A stretch of DNA of 64,000 nucleotides from a virus, in IMG/VR virus record IMGVR_UViG_3300050343_000117, positions 73,472 through 137,471 of that record. One strand, given 5' to 3'. Positions 51,084-61,710 of the stretch are shown here, one piece after another. Position numbers and translations under genes: made by a program. Each line of letters begins with the position of its first letter. The first letter of the stretch is position 1. The notes beneath the pieces were generated by a model, which was not told where the DNA came from, searched no databases, and saw only the letters and a list, made by a program, of their open reading frames with translations.

Positions 51084-51518
51084 TCACATTGTCACTAGGG
51101 TGTCTACTAGGTTCATTAGTACTGCTGTACCTGATATAGAACTCCCTATCATGATTGCTTTGTCGTTCCAACAATGACCAACATAAACCCATGCAGTAGC
51201 AGCAGACGCATAGCATATCTGTCCCGCGATACTGAACCCTGCACTCATGGTGAACACTCCAACCACACCAAGTACAGTAGCACCCCACTTGACATAACTA
51301 TCGATGGTACCCGTCGGTGTTGCTGGTTTCAGATCTTCGACTTCTAGTTGCAGTTCTTCCATCTCTTGTTTGAGACGTTTACGCTCGACATTAAGTTCCA
51401 TAGCAAGTCTTCCTGCTTTGGACATCGTACTACCGGCAAACTCCTGTTTGACTTCCGGACTGATTTGACTTTCAACCTTTGCTACGCGTTGGTCTTCTTC
51501 AATAGAACTTTTACTCAT
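51084..51518 (-). CDS. coiled-coil plus membrane protein
   Basis: N-terminal coiled coil then about three hydrophobic helices. Confidence 0.6.
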   Translation of the reverse strand: MSKSSIEEDQRVAKVESQISPEVKQEFAGSTMSKAGRLAMELNVERKRLKQEMEELQLEVEDLKPATPTGTIDSYVKWGATVLGVVGVFTMSAGFSIAGQICYASAATAWVYVGHCWNDKAIMIGSSISGTAVLMNLVDTLVTM

Positions 51519-51826
51519 TATCTTCGCATACTCGCAAGGTCTTTCATCTGTTGTTCATCAATCACGGGGATTGCATTGGACTTGTGCATAGTGCCGATAC
51601 CCTTGACTAGGGTTCCGGTGTAGTTCATTATTTCTTTCTTTTCGGTACTGAAAGTACCCGAATCGTGAGATTTATAAACTGGAGTCTCCCTTCGATAAGG
51701 TTCACTCTTTACTTCCATAGGCTGGAATGTGGGGGTAGGTTTCTTCTTGGTAGACCAAGCGTTGTACGTCTTCTTTCTACCAGTAGTAGTATGTCGCATT
51801 GAACCGTGTATCATAATAACTCTCAA
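51518..51826 (-). CDS. conserved hypothetical protein
   Basis: YTGTLVKGIGTMHKSNAIPV...SMRR. Confidence 0.65.
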   Translation of the reverse strand: MRVIMIHGSMRHTTTGRKKTYNAWSTKKKPTPTFQPMEVKSEPYRRETPVYKSHDSGTFSTEKKEIMNYTGTLVKGIGTMHKSNAIPVIDEQQMKDLASMRR

Positions 51827-52004
51827 GTTGTTTCATAAAGTATACAATGTATATTATACAATACATTCTAGGGTGCTGTCAAGTGTACAATCCTTTTACA
51901 TTCATTGAAACGTCGGATACTAGTGAGTACTCCGAACAAGTCATCGTCAGCCTTCTGAGAGAAACTCAACCAGATGATTAACATGACTCGTAGTGTCCAG
52001 AGAC

Positions 52005-52553
52005 CTACCTCTCTAAGAACCATTGTGGAACCTCGCGGTTAGTCCACTTGGCAAAATACTTTTTCTCTTCACGATAATACTTACGGTACCCTTCGGTAAC
52101 GACAGCCTCCTTACAGTGGTCTGGCATACATTGTGGCATGACCGTCTCTGGTCCTACCTGATTGATATTACGTGGAGAGAACCACAGAAGTCCAGACAAC
52201 TTCTCATAGGTAGCATGGACTCGGCCATATCGGTGAGTGTACTCTTTTGCACATGCGACAAAGTGATCGTACAACCATCGGTAATTCTTGTTGTTCTCAC
52301 GACACCATATAGCAGATGGGTGGTTTTTGTGTGCAACTTTGTATAGCATATTCTCACGTGCTTCGCCATCGACTATATAATGGTCTACCATACGTTTTCC
52401 GGACTTGGAAGGTCGACGTTCGACAGACCCGTCAAGAACCCGATGCGCAGTCGAGAGTAGCTGACCGTACTCGGTAACCATCTTGACTACATGCTTGTCA
52501 CACATCATCTGTGCAGATATCACTGGATCATCATCTAATCTAAAAATATTCAT
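52005..52553 (-). CDS. pyrimidine-dimer DNA glycosylase family protein
   Basis: MNIFRLD...CDKHVVKM..E..QLLSTAH, HKNHPSAIW, EYTHRYGRVH, PQCMPD, YRKYY. Confidence 0.8.
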   Translation of the reverse strand: MNIFRLDDDPVISAQMMCDKHVVKMVTEYGQLLSTAHRVLDGSVERRPSKSGKRMVDHYIVDGEARENMLYKVAHKNHPSAIWCRENNKNYRWLYDHFVACAKEYTHRYGRVHATYEKLSGLLWFSPRNINQVGPETVMPQCMPDHCKEAVVTEGYRKYYREEKKYFAKWTNREVPQWFLER

Positions 52554-52595
52554 GTACTATATCCCCCATTTGGTTAGGATATTGTACAGTATAAA

Positions 52596-53033
52596 TTAGG
52601 TTCTGTCAACCCCCCTTGAAGATTTTTTTAACGTAGATGCAAACATTTTTAAAATAACAAGAATAGGGTCATACATCCACAGATACTTTTTGTGGCCACA
52701 CCTAGACTCCATCTCTTCCCATGTCACGAACTCTTGCGTCCAGTTATCTGCATATAGGTTGCCGACACGAAGTACCACATGACCTTGACCTTTCTTGGTG
52801 ATGACTCTACGCAACTGTGCCTGCATAGTGAATACATTGATCCAAAAGTTGACCATTGATTTGTCACTCATCAACCACAGTAGTGTCAGCGCATAGTCTT
52901 CGCAGTCACCTTCGTATGGTGGTTCTTTTATGATGTGCCACGTGTCAGATCCGTACTGATCATCATCGTATAGATACTTCCATGTTTCATTCAAGTGCGC
53001 GACGTGTTCGTCCATGTGTACTAAATCTAGCAT
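52596..53033 (-). CDS. transglutaminase-like cysteine protease (BTLCP-like)
   Basis: GDCEDYA...GHVVL...ADN, giving a Cys-His-Asp triad. Confidence 0.75.
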   Translation of the reverse strand: MLDLVHMDEHVAHLNETWKYLYDDDQYGSDTWHIIKEPPYEGDCEDYALTLLWLMSDKSMVNFWINVFTMQAQLRRVITKKGQGHVVLRVGNLYADNWTQEFVTWEEMESRCGHKKYLWMYDPILVILKMFASTLKKSSRGVDRT

Positions 53034-53070
53034 ATTTACACTCCTTTTGCCTATATGCGAACTTATTTAG

Positions 53071-53078
53071 TATAAATA
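53071..53078 (+). promoter_or_regulatory. T4-type late promoter
   Basis: TATAAATA immediately before ATG 53084. Confidence 0.7.
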
Positions 53079-53083
53079 AATGT

Positions 53084-53335
53084 ATGAAAGAATTATTTGA
53101 CTTTGGTTTCACCGCAGTAGATGAGTCAGAGCTCGAAGCGTTTCAGGCGTTAGAGACTGTATCTGATGCTGTCGATGAAACCCAAACCCGTCTCGATAAT
53201 CTATACAATGCGATTCAACCGCTCTTGACTAACCTCAAGGCGAATCCTGAAAAGGAATACATCCTATGGCCGAATCGTTTAGATAAGATCGAGGAATTCG
53301 AAACACACATCCAAAACATCTATAAGGGACCCTAA
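53084..53335 (+). CDS. conserved hypothetical protein
   Basis: FDFGFTAVDESEL...NLKANPEKEYILWPNR. Confidence 0.7.
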   Translation: MKELFDFGFTAVDESELEAFQALETVSDAVDETQTRLDNLYNAIQPLLTNLKANPEKEYILWPNRLDKIEEFETHIQNIYKGP

Positions 53336-53338
53336 CCA

Positions 53339-54184
53339 ATGTTTTTTAGCACAAAAGGCGAATCCATCTTGACCGATGGATCAAAACAGAAACAAGTCAA
53401 AGGAACATGGAAAGAAGGCGTTGCTGGTGCAATGAATTCTCACCTAAAATCAATCACTACTGAAAAGGGCAAGTACTTACGCCACGCATCAACAGAAGTT
53501 AATATGTCTGAAGAGATGTTGTCTCGCGGAGCAATGTTCGCGAACGCATTGACATCTCAAGGATATAAGAACATTTTGTTTGTTGGTCATTTTAATGACG
53601 GACAGACTCACTGGATGTTAGATAAGTTTGCTGGACGAATGGTTGATTTGATTCCACCAGAACGTGAGCACATGCACACATTCCCAGATATGAACATCAT
53701 CGCCCAAGCAATACCTCTAGTAATGAGAGTCTACGGATACGAAGTAGATTTTACTGTTGCACGACCACCAGAAGCAAAGTATAAAGGTGCAATGCACTCA
53801 TTATATGATATGTCTGGTGTAACAAATAAAGCACTAGAATGTTCACAACAATACAAGCACGGACAATCGTCTTGGACTCTAGACGGTGATCATGAGAAAT
53901 TCGACGCAGTTGTTTTCCTAGGTGTACCTATGGAAGATCAGTCAGTCGGTTTTGAAGAAGATCAAGTACGTGAGATATTTGCACCTATGTGCACCCCAGA
54001 ATTTGATATGGTTGACATTTATTACGGAGCACCGTCTCCAGTTAAATGGTTCAATGGTGAAGAGAAAGACAGCAAGACAATGGTCGACACTGCGTTTGCT
54101 CTACGTTCAATGTGGGATAACCAAATGTCATCAGGCCGCCCGGAAGAATGCGATATTATGCACAGCATGGTTAAAGTATTCTAA
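53339..54184 (+). CDS. hypothetical protein
   Basis: 281-aa ORF followed by a terminator. Confidence 0.7.
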   Translation: MFFSTKGESILTDGSKQKQVKGTWKEGVAGAMNSHLKSITTEKGKYLRHASTEVNMSEEMLSRGAMFANALTSQGYKNILFVGHFNDGQTHWMLDKFAGRMVDLIPPEREHMHTFPDMNIIAQAIPLVMRVYGYEVDFTVARPPEAKYKGAMHSLYDMSGVTNKALECSQQYKHGQSSWTLDGDHEKFDAVVFLGVPMEDQSVGFEEDQVREIFAPMCTPEFDMVDIYYGAPSPVKWFNGEEKDSKTMVDTAFALRSMWDNQMSSGRPEECDIMHSMVKVF

Positions 54185-54213
54185 GGAACTTACCCGACAG
54201 TAAGAAAACGAAG

Positions 54214-54238
54214 AAGGGACCGAAAGGTCCCTTTTTTT
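54214..54238 (+). terminator. Rho-independent terminator
   Basis: GGGACC-GAAA-GGTCCC-T7. Confidence 0.85.
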
Positions 54239-54330
54239 ACATCCAGAAAAGTATCAATCCGAAGATTGCGCACCAGATAAGAACATTAGGTCGGTAATCC
54301 CAGACTATTGCGAAGTCTATCGCAGTGTGC

Positions 54331-55005
54331 TTAACGAATTCTTTTGTGGAGCTCCACGCCTGTTTGAACGGTGGGTTCATTATTAACCTCTACTTTAGCA
54401 TTCGTAGGTAAACTCAGTTTTATATCTGCGTGAACATGATGAATGACAAATTGAACATCACTGAATTCCCTAAAGAATCCAGACCAAATAGGACGCCAGT
54501 TACTCGCCATGCGGTGTACATTCAGTGCACTTCTATTGGCGTCTAAAAAGGTATCGGTGAAACTATCCAAATTCATATCGAACATTGCGTCGAATCCGTA
54601 CAGGTGGACTTCTTTAGATCGCATAACACGACATGCATAGTCTACTGCCATATGACCGCATGAATAGTTTGTCGCTGCTTCAGATAACTTATGTCCAGGC
54701 AACTGCGCATATGGGGGTATGTGGGTATGGAACCCTTTAATGTTTGGTGAGTACTTCAAGTAGAAGGTTGGATTAACTTCCATCCATCGACGTGGTCGAG
54801 TACCTAGAATCCAATCATACTCATCTAGTTTTACTTTACCCTTGTCTAACGCTTCCATCATTTTAAAGTCAACCATACACGATGCGTGAACTTCTCGCTT
54901 AGTGAGAGATAAAGGCGGCATGTTGCATACTAACAACTCTCCTTCGGTACCCCTTTGGAACAGACTAGAGCTATCGCCATTTCCTAATATATTAACTCTT
55001 TTCAT
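54331..55005 (-). CDS. sialyltransferase/Maf-like Rossmann glycosyltransferase
   Basis: VNILGNGDS, VCN, SCGHMAVDYA, KEVHLYGFD. Confidence 0.55.
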   Translation of the reverse strand: MKRVNILGNGDSSSLFQRGTEGELLVCNMPPLSLTKREVHASCMVDFKMMEALDKGKVKLDEYDWILGTRPRRWMEVNPTFYLKYSPNIKGFHTHIPPYAQLPGHKLSEAATNYSCGHMAVDYACRVMRSKEVHLYGFDAMFDMNLDSFTDTFLDANRSALNVHRMASNWRPIWSGFFREFSDVQFVIHHVHADIKLSLPTNAKVEVNNEPTVQTGVELHKRIR

Positions 55006-55364
55006 TTTGGTTCTCTGTGATATGTTCCATATACACAGTGTGCTAGTTCATGACCCCATGTCATGGTATGGTTGTCATCGACACCATTTGGAACCACGAC
55101 ATGAATCTCACAACGAGACATCTGGTTTGTTTTTTTAGTTAGAAACCATAAGGACAGACCTTCTACAGGTTGACCATGACCACTTTTGTCTTTTACGGCC
55201 TTGTTCAATTCTGTACTAGTTTCATATGTATAAACAGTAATAGGAAACTGTACATTACTGTAGTCTTGTGTCCCTTCTATTTTTTTAGATGGAGACGGTT
55301 CGCACGATACAATGAGTAGTATCGCAACACCAATTATAATTTTACTTAGGATACCTCGTAGCAT
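55002..55364 (-). CDS. lipoprotein with HExxH motif
   Basis: Signal peptide with IVSC lipobox; TWGHELAHCVYG; TATAAATA at 55386-55393 upstream. Confidence 0.6.
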   Translation of the reverse strand: MLRGILSKIIIGVAILLIVSCEPSPSKKIEGTQDYSNVQFPITVYTYETSTELNKAVKDKSGHGQPVEGLSLWFLTKKTNQMSRCEIHVVVPNGVDDNHTMTWGHELAHCVYGTYHREPK

Positions 55365-55692
55365 GACCTTCCTCCGTTAGTAAAGTATTTATACATTTCC
55401 ACTCATTGTAACCAGTTTCAATGAATACTTCTGCGAGGATACGACCATACTTACCTTCTTTGTGGGTAATGACAGTTACCTTGGTACCTACCGGAGCCAT
55501 CTTATTGACATAATCTGTTGCTGCAAGACCCTTTTTCTTTTCATCAAGATCTCTAGTGCGTGACTCATAAGCATCAATACCAAAAAGGCGCAGGCGCTGG
55601 TTAGCGTAAATGAGACCAAAACCAAGGTCAATATCAACGTCGACGGTATCGCCGTCCACCCATCTACGTATTGTTGCTTCATAGTTATACAT
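55342..55692 (-). CDS. thermonuclease (SNase-like)
   Basis: VDGDTVDVDIDLGF, RLFGIDAYE, GKYGRILA. Confidence 0.85.
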   Translation of the reverse strand: MYNYEATIRRWVDGDTVDVDIDLGFGLIYANQRLRLFGIDAYESRTRDLDEKKKGLAATDYVNKMAPVGTKVTVITHKEGKYGRILAEVFIETGYNEWKCINTLLTEEGHATRYPK

Positions 55693-55702
55693 CACCCACC
55701 TT

Positions 55703-55909
55703 CTATCTAGGAATATTCTGCGCGACATCAAGAATGTCCTGATATTCCGCAATCTCTTTCATTTCAGAAACAAGCGACTCCATGACATCGGGGTGTTCTC
55801 CGATACCAGATGGATTGGTTAAATAAATCTCAACATTCGCTTTATGGTAAGCAATCTTACCCTGCACGTGTGCGATGGTCGCATCAATCATTCTTTCTCG
55901 TAAATTCAT
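55703..55909 (-). CDS. conserved hypothetical protein
   Basis: ANVEIYLTNPSGIGEHPD. Confidence 0.65.
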   Translation of the reverse strand: MNLRERMIDATIAHVQGKIAYHKANVEIYLTNPSGIGEHPDVMESLVSEMKEIAEYQDILDVAQNIPR

Positions 55910-56382
55910 CCTTTAGTTCCTACTCTTGCCTTTTCTACTGCACGAGAACCAAACCAGAATGCCATTATGGCTGCAAAGATTGCTTTGGTATCATCGTCCC
56001 ACAATGTATTTAATGCCTCTGATAGAGGTGTACCATTACTTAGTGCATCCTGTAATAGAGAAAACTCTATCATCGCAAACAGGAAAAAGAAGCAATAGGT
56101 AATCACGGGCCTCACAGACTTTTGTAGTCCGGATATGAACCCTGTCCCTTGTGCTATTGTTGTAGAGATGTCATGTTCCAGTAGTGCCTTCTGTTCTTCA
56201 TGAAGACCCATTTCCTGAAACCGTTTTATTTCATGGTCATAACCCGCCGAAGTGAGTTCTGCCATCTTTTCCATTTTCTTTAGTTCGAATTCTTGATTAC
56301 GTTTGGACTGAAAGTGATCAGTGATTGCCGGTACAACCGAACTACCAAACCCTAGAAGCGAACCTAATATCCCACTCAACAT
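55906..56382 (-). CDS. holin-like membrane protein (3TM family)
   Basis: SVRPVITY, TM segments, FWFGSR. Confidence 0.6.
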   Translation of the reverse strand: MLSGILGSLLGFGSSVVPAITDHFQSKRNQEFELKKMEKMAELTSAGYDHEIKRFQEMGLHEEQKALLEHDISTTIAQGTGFISGLQKSVRPVITYCFFFLFAMIEFSLLQDALSNGTPLSEALNTLWDDDTKAIFAAIMAFWFGSRAVEKARVGTKG

Positions 56383-56394
56383 ATCTCATCCTCC

Positions 56395-56428
56395 AAAAAA
56401 AAGACGGGAAAGTTTCCTGTCCCGTCTT
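56395..56428 (-). terminator. probable terminator
   Basis: AAGACGGGA...TCCCGTCTT followed by a T run on minus. Confidence 0.6.
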
Positions 56429-56453
56429 TATATATCATTAAACTAAGTGTGTA

Positions 56454-57167
56454 TTACAAGCTTGCGATAAACTCGTTAACTTCGTCGATCTGTTCAGATG
56501 TCAAGAAGTCTTTGTATACACCGACACTGTCTAGTAGACCTTCAGATACGCCTTCACGTAGTGAGCGTACTTGAGACTCTTCTACGACCTGATCAATACA
56601 ATCTAGATCAATGTGTCTTTTTGCTTCTCCGAAAGAACCAAGTTCTGGATTATCTTGGCGAGGCAATAGGTGATCTACTACAGCAGTTAAACCACGATGT
56701 GGTGACTTAACTAGTTCTTCATATGATATTTCCATATCGTATGTGAACTTAGATGCGTCTGCTTCAAAAGCAGTGATTAGTTCGAAGCCTAATGGACCAT
56801 CACGGAACTCTTCCCAAGATGATTCTGATTCCCAAGTCTTCCACACAGATACTAGAACGTCTCTATAGTCACGAGTGATTTTCAACAACTGATTAGTTGC
56901 GACTCCACCTGACTCTTGACCTTCCATGATTGTTTCTGTAGTTGATGTATCTCCGATGACTTGATGTCCTAGAGAAGTTGCAACTAAAGGCTTGTAGATT
57001 TTTTCGAACGCGAAGTTCGAGATGTAAAGATTTGATTCGCTGGTCTTCATCTTCTGTTCGAAACGAATGTACATACCGTACATGTTCTGAACGAAGTCGT
57101 GACCAGATGCAGCACTACCAACCATGAAGTGGTCGTTTAGTGTTACAATGCTGTGAGTTGTAGGCAT
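56454..57167 (-). CDS. sulfotransferase-fold protein, divergent
   Basis: ITRDYRDVLVS, ISYEELVKSP, VGVYKDFLTSEQ; degenerate 5' PAPS loop. Confidence 0.6.
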   Translation of the reverse strand: MPTTHSIVTLNDHFMVGSAASGHDFVQNMYGMYIRFEQKMKTSESNLYISNFAFEKIYKPLVATSLGHQVIGDTSTTETIMEGQESGGVATNQLLKITRDYRDVLVSVWKTWESESSWEEFRDGPLGFELITAFEADASKFTYDMEISYEELVKSPHRGLTAVVDHLLPRQDNPELGSFGEAKRHIDLDCIDQVVEESQVRSLREGVSEGLLDSVGVYKDFLTSEQIDEVNEFIASL

Positions 57168-57263
57168 TTTTAGTTCCTCATTGGATTCTTTTAAGTAATC
57201 TTATGCCGCACGTGCGAAATGGAACTCGCTGGACTGGCCAGTCAATTACGGAATAAGTCTTAT

Positions 57264-57271
57264 TATTTATA
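57264..57271 (-). promoter_or_regulatory. T4-type late promoter
   Basis: TATAAATA about 100 nt upstream of the sulfotransferase-like gene. Confidence 0.65.
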
Positions 57272-57304
57272 AAAACAGACTCTCCAAAAACAGTTTTATT
57301 TGGA

Positions 57305-57508
57305 TTATTTCTGCTGTTGCCACATTGTCCATAGACCGTACAGAACACCGGCGTATGCACCTAGCGTAATGATTGAATCAAACAAGATGTAACTTGCACA
57401 AAGTGCGATGATTACAACACCGTCATATGTAGTGCGTTCACCAAGGCGAGCTTCGACCCAAGTCTTTAACAGCATTGCATAAAAAGATAGTTTTGAAAAA
57501 TTGAACAT
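57305..57508 (-). CDS. small membrane protein
   Basis: RLGERTTYDG followed by two TM segments. Confidence 0.6.
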   Translation of the reverse strand: MFNFSKLSFYAMLLKTWVEARLGERTTYDGVVIIALCASYILFDSIITLGAYAGVLYGLWTMWQQQK

Positions 57509-57510
57509 AG

Positions 57511-58500
57511 TTAGTCCCTATAATCGTTGAGAGTGAAGTTAGTTCCGTGCATCTTCATGAGATCACGTTCGTGGTTTGTGTATACTAATACTTCTGGGTC
57601 ATCAACTAAGAAGTCACATGACTTACAGAAATCTGGGTATTCTTCGGTACGGTGTTGCTCACGTAAAGTCTCATACTCTTCACCAAAGAAGATATCTAAG
57701 ATGTTGTCTTCTGAGGCATGACCTAGTACTGCTTCTTCGTCACGTCCCAATACTTGACAACATGGGTGCACTGCACCAGTCTTCTTGTCTAGACCACCAG
57801 CACGTATCACTACGTCTGGAGAGAACGGTCGTCCACAAGTTTTCTTCTTACCTTCACGTACACCAGATGCGGTGATGTCTTGAACACCGGACCAGTTGTG
57901 CATTTTCCATATTTCAGTCTTGACACCTAACTCATCAACCAATGTCTTGTACTTATCTAGTTCTTGGTCGATGTTGTCGTTATCGGTAATCAAGTGATAG
58001 GTTGATACCACACACTCAGAACCCGACTCCTTTACATACGCAACCATCTCTTCGATGTTACGTCTAATCTGTGCGTAGTGTCCACCCACAGCATTGTACA
58101 TCCATTTGGTATAGTCTTGTTCGTCCGAACCAATGAATGAGAATCGATAGAAGTCCAGTCCCGCATCGACACAGTCGCGCATGTACTGACCTTCCATCTT
58201 GAATCCGTTAGAGAAGATGAAGCACTTCGCCCCATACTTCTTCACTACCTTGATGTATTCAGGTAGATTTTTTGCCATCGTCGCCTCACCAGAACCGTCT
58301 AGGTTGACAACATTTAATCCATACTGCGCACAGTCTGCAACGTATCCTTCGAACTCATCGAGTTTCATGATGCGTCGAAACCCTTTGTGTCGACCACCCT
58401 CACGTAAGTCCTGTGGACACATGGAACACGAGTAGTTACATCCCCCCGCTACCTCAATTACAGCACGGTCGATTTGAAATGTTTCTCTAGTCATTTCCAT
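57511..58500 (-). CDS. radical SAM protein with SPASM/twitch domain
   Basis: CNYSCSMC, GSGEA, FSNG; C-terminal C...GAVHPCC...FCKSC. Confidence 0.9.
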   Translation of the reverse strand: MEMTRETFQIDRAVIEVAGGCNYSCSMCPQDLREGGRHKGFRRIMKLDEFEGYVADCAQYGLNVVNLDGSGEATMAKNLPEYIKVVKKYGAKCFIFSNGFKMEGQYMRDCVDAGLDFYRFSFIGSDEQDYTKWMYNAVGGHYAQIRRNIEEMVAYVKESGSECVVSTYHLITDNDNIDQELDKYKTLVDELGVKTEIWKMHNWSGVQDITASGVREGKKKTCGRPFSPDVVIRAGGLDKKTGAVHPCCQVLGRDEEAVLGHASEDNILDIFFGEEYETLREQHRTEEYPDFCKSCDFLVDDPEVLVYTNHERDLMKMHGTNFTLNDYRD

Positions 58501-59374
58501 AATAAGTCTTCATCCTCTCTTCATAGTCTACTGATTTTCGTTTAGTGTGGTGTAACAATTCTTCTATGTTTTCTATCCACCACCAGACTCCCATATCTTC
58601 TTTTGATAATTCTGGATTGAGCCTTAACGCATTAGGTGTATGGTATTTAGTCACGCCTTCACCACTGATTACAGCGAGAGGTCGTGCAAAGTTCTTGGCA
58701 ACATAATGCCAGATACCATCGTAACATATTACCATACGCGAGGTAGATATAAGTTGCATCGCTTCGGATGCAGGCGTACGGTAAGAGAGTTCATGCATGT
58801 TGAACCCTAGTGCTTTGAAGTGGTTGATTAGGTGATCCCAATCGGAGTTATCAAAGATACGTTTCCATGTACGAGGTTTCTCTGCGTTCCATGTAGGACG
58901 CCAGAACACGATTCGGTCTGGGTCATAGTCTTGAAATGCATCTTGTCGGAATATCCAATCATTACATGGAGCATTCGCACCAACACCATCATTATAGTAT
59001 CCTGACTCAAACCAAAACCTTGCTTTCTGTCCATGTGCATTTATTGCAGCAATTCTTTTCTCACCGTTTGATTCTAAAACAACATCATCATTAAATTTCC
59101 AGTTCTTGTATCGACCTTGAGCATTGAAGATGTGATGTATCTCCACTCGCTCTTGTTGGTGATAGAAGTTATGGATGTAGTCGCATCGTTCGATTATCGT
59201 TTCTGGATCTTCGAAGTGATGAAGATAGTCTGGTCCGTGCTCCCAGTGAATCTCCAGATTTATTTTACTGATATCGTGGTCGGCTGCATATCTGTGACAC
59301 GAATTAAGTGCCCACATAAAATCACCGACGCCTGGGGTACCGCGCCAGGTCACGAGTTCAGAGGGTTTCATCAA
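58487..59374 (-). CDS. putative GT-B (GT9-like) glycosyltransferase
   Basis: GTPGVGDF at N-terminus; LISTSRMVICYDGIWHYVA. Confidence 0.45.
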   Translation of the reverse strand: MMKPSELVTWRGTPGVGDFMWALNSCHRYAADHDISKINLEIHWEHGPDYLHHFEDPETIIERCDYIHNFYHQQERVEIHHIFNAQGRYKNWKFNDDVVLESNGEKRIAAINAHGQKARFWFESGYYNDGVGANAPCNDWIFRQDAFQDYDPDRIVFWRPTWNAEKPRTWKRIFDNSDWDHLINHFKALGFNMHELSYRTPASEAMQLISTSRMVICYDGIWHYVAKNFARPLAVISGEGVTKYHTPNALRLNPELSKEDMGVWWWIENIEELLHHTKRKSVDYEERMKTYYGND

Positions 59375-59724
59375 CTAGTCTTAATACTTTTTACTTTACG
59401 TGCAGAACCCGTAGATGTGTACAGACCGAACCATGCAGCACCCGCACCGACTACGACGGAGATCAGACCCGCCTGTGATGCATTTGGTTCAGGTATCGTC
59501 ATGAACCACTGAGTGACTTCGATGAGTAGGTACAGATAGGTACCAATGAATGCTCGCGGGAAAAGTCGATATGCATCGATTACATCCGCGAACTGTAACA
59601 ACCCTTCAAACTTACTTGCCTTGACTTCTTTGTTCGACGTATCGAATTCTACTTCAAGCTCAATCTTCTGTTTGAATGGTTTTGCTTCTGGGGTTGGTGT
59701 CACTTCTGGTTGTTCTGAAAACAT
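59371..59724 (-). CDS. membrane protein
   Basis: DAYRLFPRAF, two TM segments, AAWFGLY. Confidence 0.65.
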   Translation of the reverse strand: MFSEQPEVTPTPEAKPFKQKIELEVEFDTSNKEVKASKFEGLLQFADVIDAYRLFPRAFIGTYLYLLIEVTQWFMTIPEPNASQAGLISVVVGAGAAWFGLYTSTGSARKVKSIKTS

Positions 59725-59729
59725 GTTAA

Positions 59730-60044
59730 TTACCTAAATCTTTTTTGTAACCATTTAAATATCGCATATATGGTCAATCCATAAAATGCTAATACGCTCA
59801 TTGGTAATGCTATGTATGCAAGTTCCCACGGTGATAGGAATAGAACTTGCCATGTAAATTCGGCAATTGCCTCTGCGTCACCTTGACGTTCTACCGTATT
59901 ATTTACAGAGTCCCATGCCAGCTGGTTTTCTTCTAACAGTAAATCCCATTCTTCTCTAGGAATACACATAAGGTCTGGTGGGCAAACATCTTCTCTGTAG
60001 GTCGTTCCAACAGGGTTGCCAAATGCATCTAGGTCTGCCATCAT
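59730..60044 (-). CDS. membrane protein
   Basis: C-terminal TM segment. Confidence 0.55.
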   Translation of the reverse strand: MMADLDAFGNPVGTTYREDVCPPDLMCIPREEWDLLLEENQLAWDSVNNTVERQGDAEAIAEFTWQVLFLSPWELAYIALPMSVLAFYGLTIYAIFKWLQKRFR

Positions 60045-60202
60045 TTCACCTTGAAATCTTTTGGGTCACCGTTTATTATTTCTTTTGCCTTGTGTTCCCA
60101 AATGTTAGGAAATAGGCCATGAACTATGCAAACGAACGCAAGTGACCACGCCCTGTACAGATGTTCAAAATAATTCAGACCTATCTCCCGTAGATGTCCC
60201 AT
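60041..60202 (-). CDS. small hypothetical protein
   Basis: Hand translation MGHLREIGLNYFEHLYRAW...IVHGLFPNIWEH. Confidence 0.55.
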   Translation of the reverse strand: MGHLREIGLNYFEHLYRAWSLAFVCIVHGLFPNIWEHKAKEIINGDPKDFKVK

Positions 60203-60203
60203 A

Positions 60204-61710
60204 TCAGAACACTTTCACTTCGTACTTTTGCTCCCATAATTGGGCGTCTAGTTCGTCATTAACCATTGGCCGCCCTCTTATGTTGAGACTGGTATTTAGT
60301 AACATCGGAACACCAGTTCTATCATGGTATTCTTCAATTACCTTTCGAAAGATTGATTCGCAATCCTTCTTCACGATTTGAACACGTGCAGTTCCGTCTA
60401 CGTGTGTTACTGGGGCATAGTCATGCTTTGCCCATGAGGTGAACTGCATATGTTCATTCATTGGTCCGTCGAAGTACTCTTCCGCATATTCCTCTAGTAT
60501 AGCAGGGGCGAACGGACGATACTTCTGTCGTCTTTTAATTGTGTTAACAGTGTCTTGTACGTCGTATCTTACATCAGCAATAAGGGAGCGGTTGCCAAGA
60601 GCACGAGGACCGAACTCAGCCCGTCCACTAGCAATTCCACAATAGCGATGTTCAAGTAAATGATCGACGATACTGCTAGGATTAACATCCCTTTCGATAT
60701 TATGCCCCGCATAAGGACTCCATATTAATTTATCTTTTCCGGTTGCTTTTGCCCATGATCGGGCAGCTGTCCCCAAACCAGACCCCGCGTCGGTCGGAGA
60801 TACTGCAATATGTACCTCATCAAACAGTTCAAACAATCTGGAGTTGATTACAACGTTCTGTGCACACCCACCAGAATAACATAACTTCTTACCATATTTA
60901 GACGCTTCGCGCATTATACCCATGATCGCATAGTCTGCGAAGTCTTGGACAGCACGTGCTGCAACTTTGTCTTCTACAGAAAGAATGCGTCGTTTCGAAT
61001 TTTTCCCTGAACTTTAGACGGTCCTGTTCTCTCTTAGATTTAGAACCACCTACCGCAATACCTAGAGAAACTTCTGGTGCGATATCCGACAGTTCTTCGT
61101 ACCAACGAATCAACCAGTCAGTGATTGCTTTAGACTTAGGACATGTTTCGTGGTATGCGGAGAGACCCATGACCACATATTCATCTTCGAGTGGACGTAG
61201 ACCTAGGAATTTGGTTACTAACGTGTAGACTAGACCTACCGACTTAGGGTAGTGCCACTCTTTGATTAGATTGAACTTGTGGTCCATGATGCAGGCAGTC
61301 TGCAATTCACCGACCCCATCGATAGAGACTAGGACAGTATCTTCAGATGAATCCCACGGACGCGTATAGAACGCAGAGGCACAGTGTGACTCGTGGTGTA
61401 GGTGATGTGCGTCGTATACTGACGCTTCTGGATAGGGGAACTGTTCGAACCGTTCGGAAGACTGGATCATCTCTGTCGTTCTACCCGTTGCTTCAACACC
61501 CCCTCGCATATCAAACTTGATACCATGATCTTCATAGAACGATACATGGTCATCATCATTTATCATATCCCATAATACATCGGGTATGTTAGCGTCGTTT
61601 TTCTTCTTGGAGTAACGTTCGCCATGGGTCGCGAACTCTACCGTACCATCTTCATTGATGATAGCAAATCCTGAGTCATGATAAAATTCGCTGTAACCTA
61701 CGTATCTCAT
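60204..61710 (-). CDS. carbamoyltransferase (NodU/CmcH family), joined across an indel near 60990
   Basis: HDS, ERYSKKKND, HHESHCASAF, IDGVGE, EYVVMGLSAY; SGGCAQN, DAGSGLG, EFGPRALGNRS, RPFAP, HVDGTARVQ, LLNTSLN. Confidence 0.9.
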
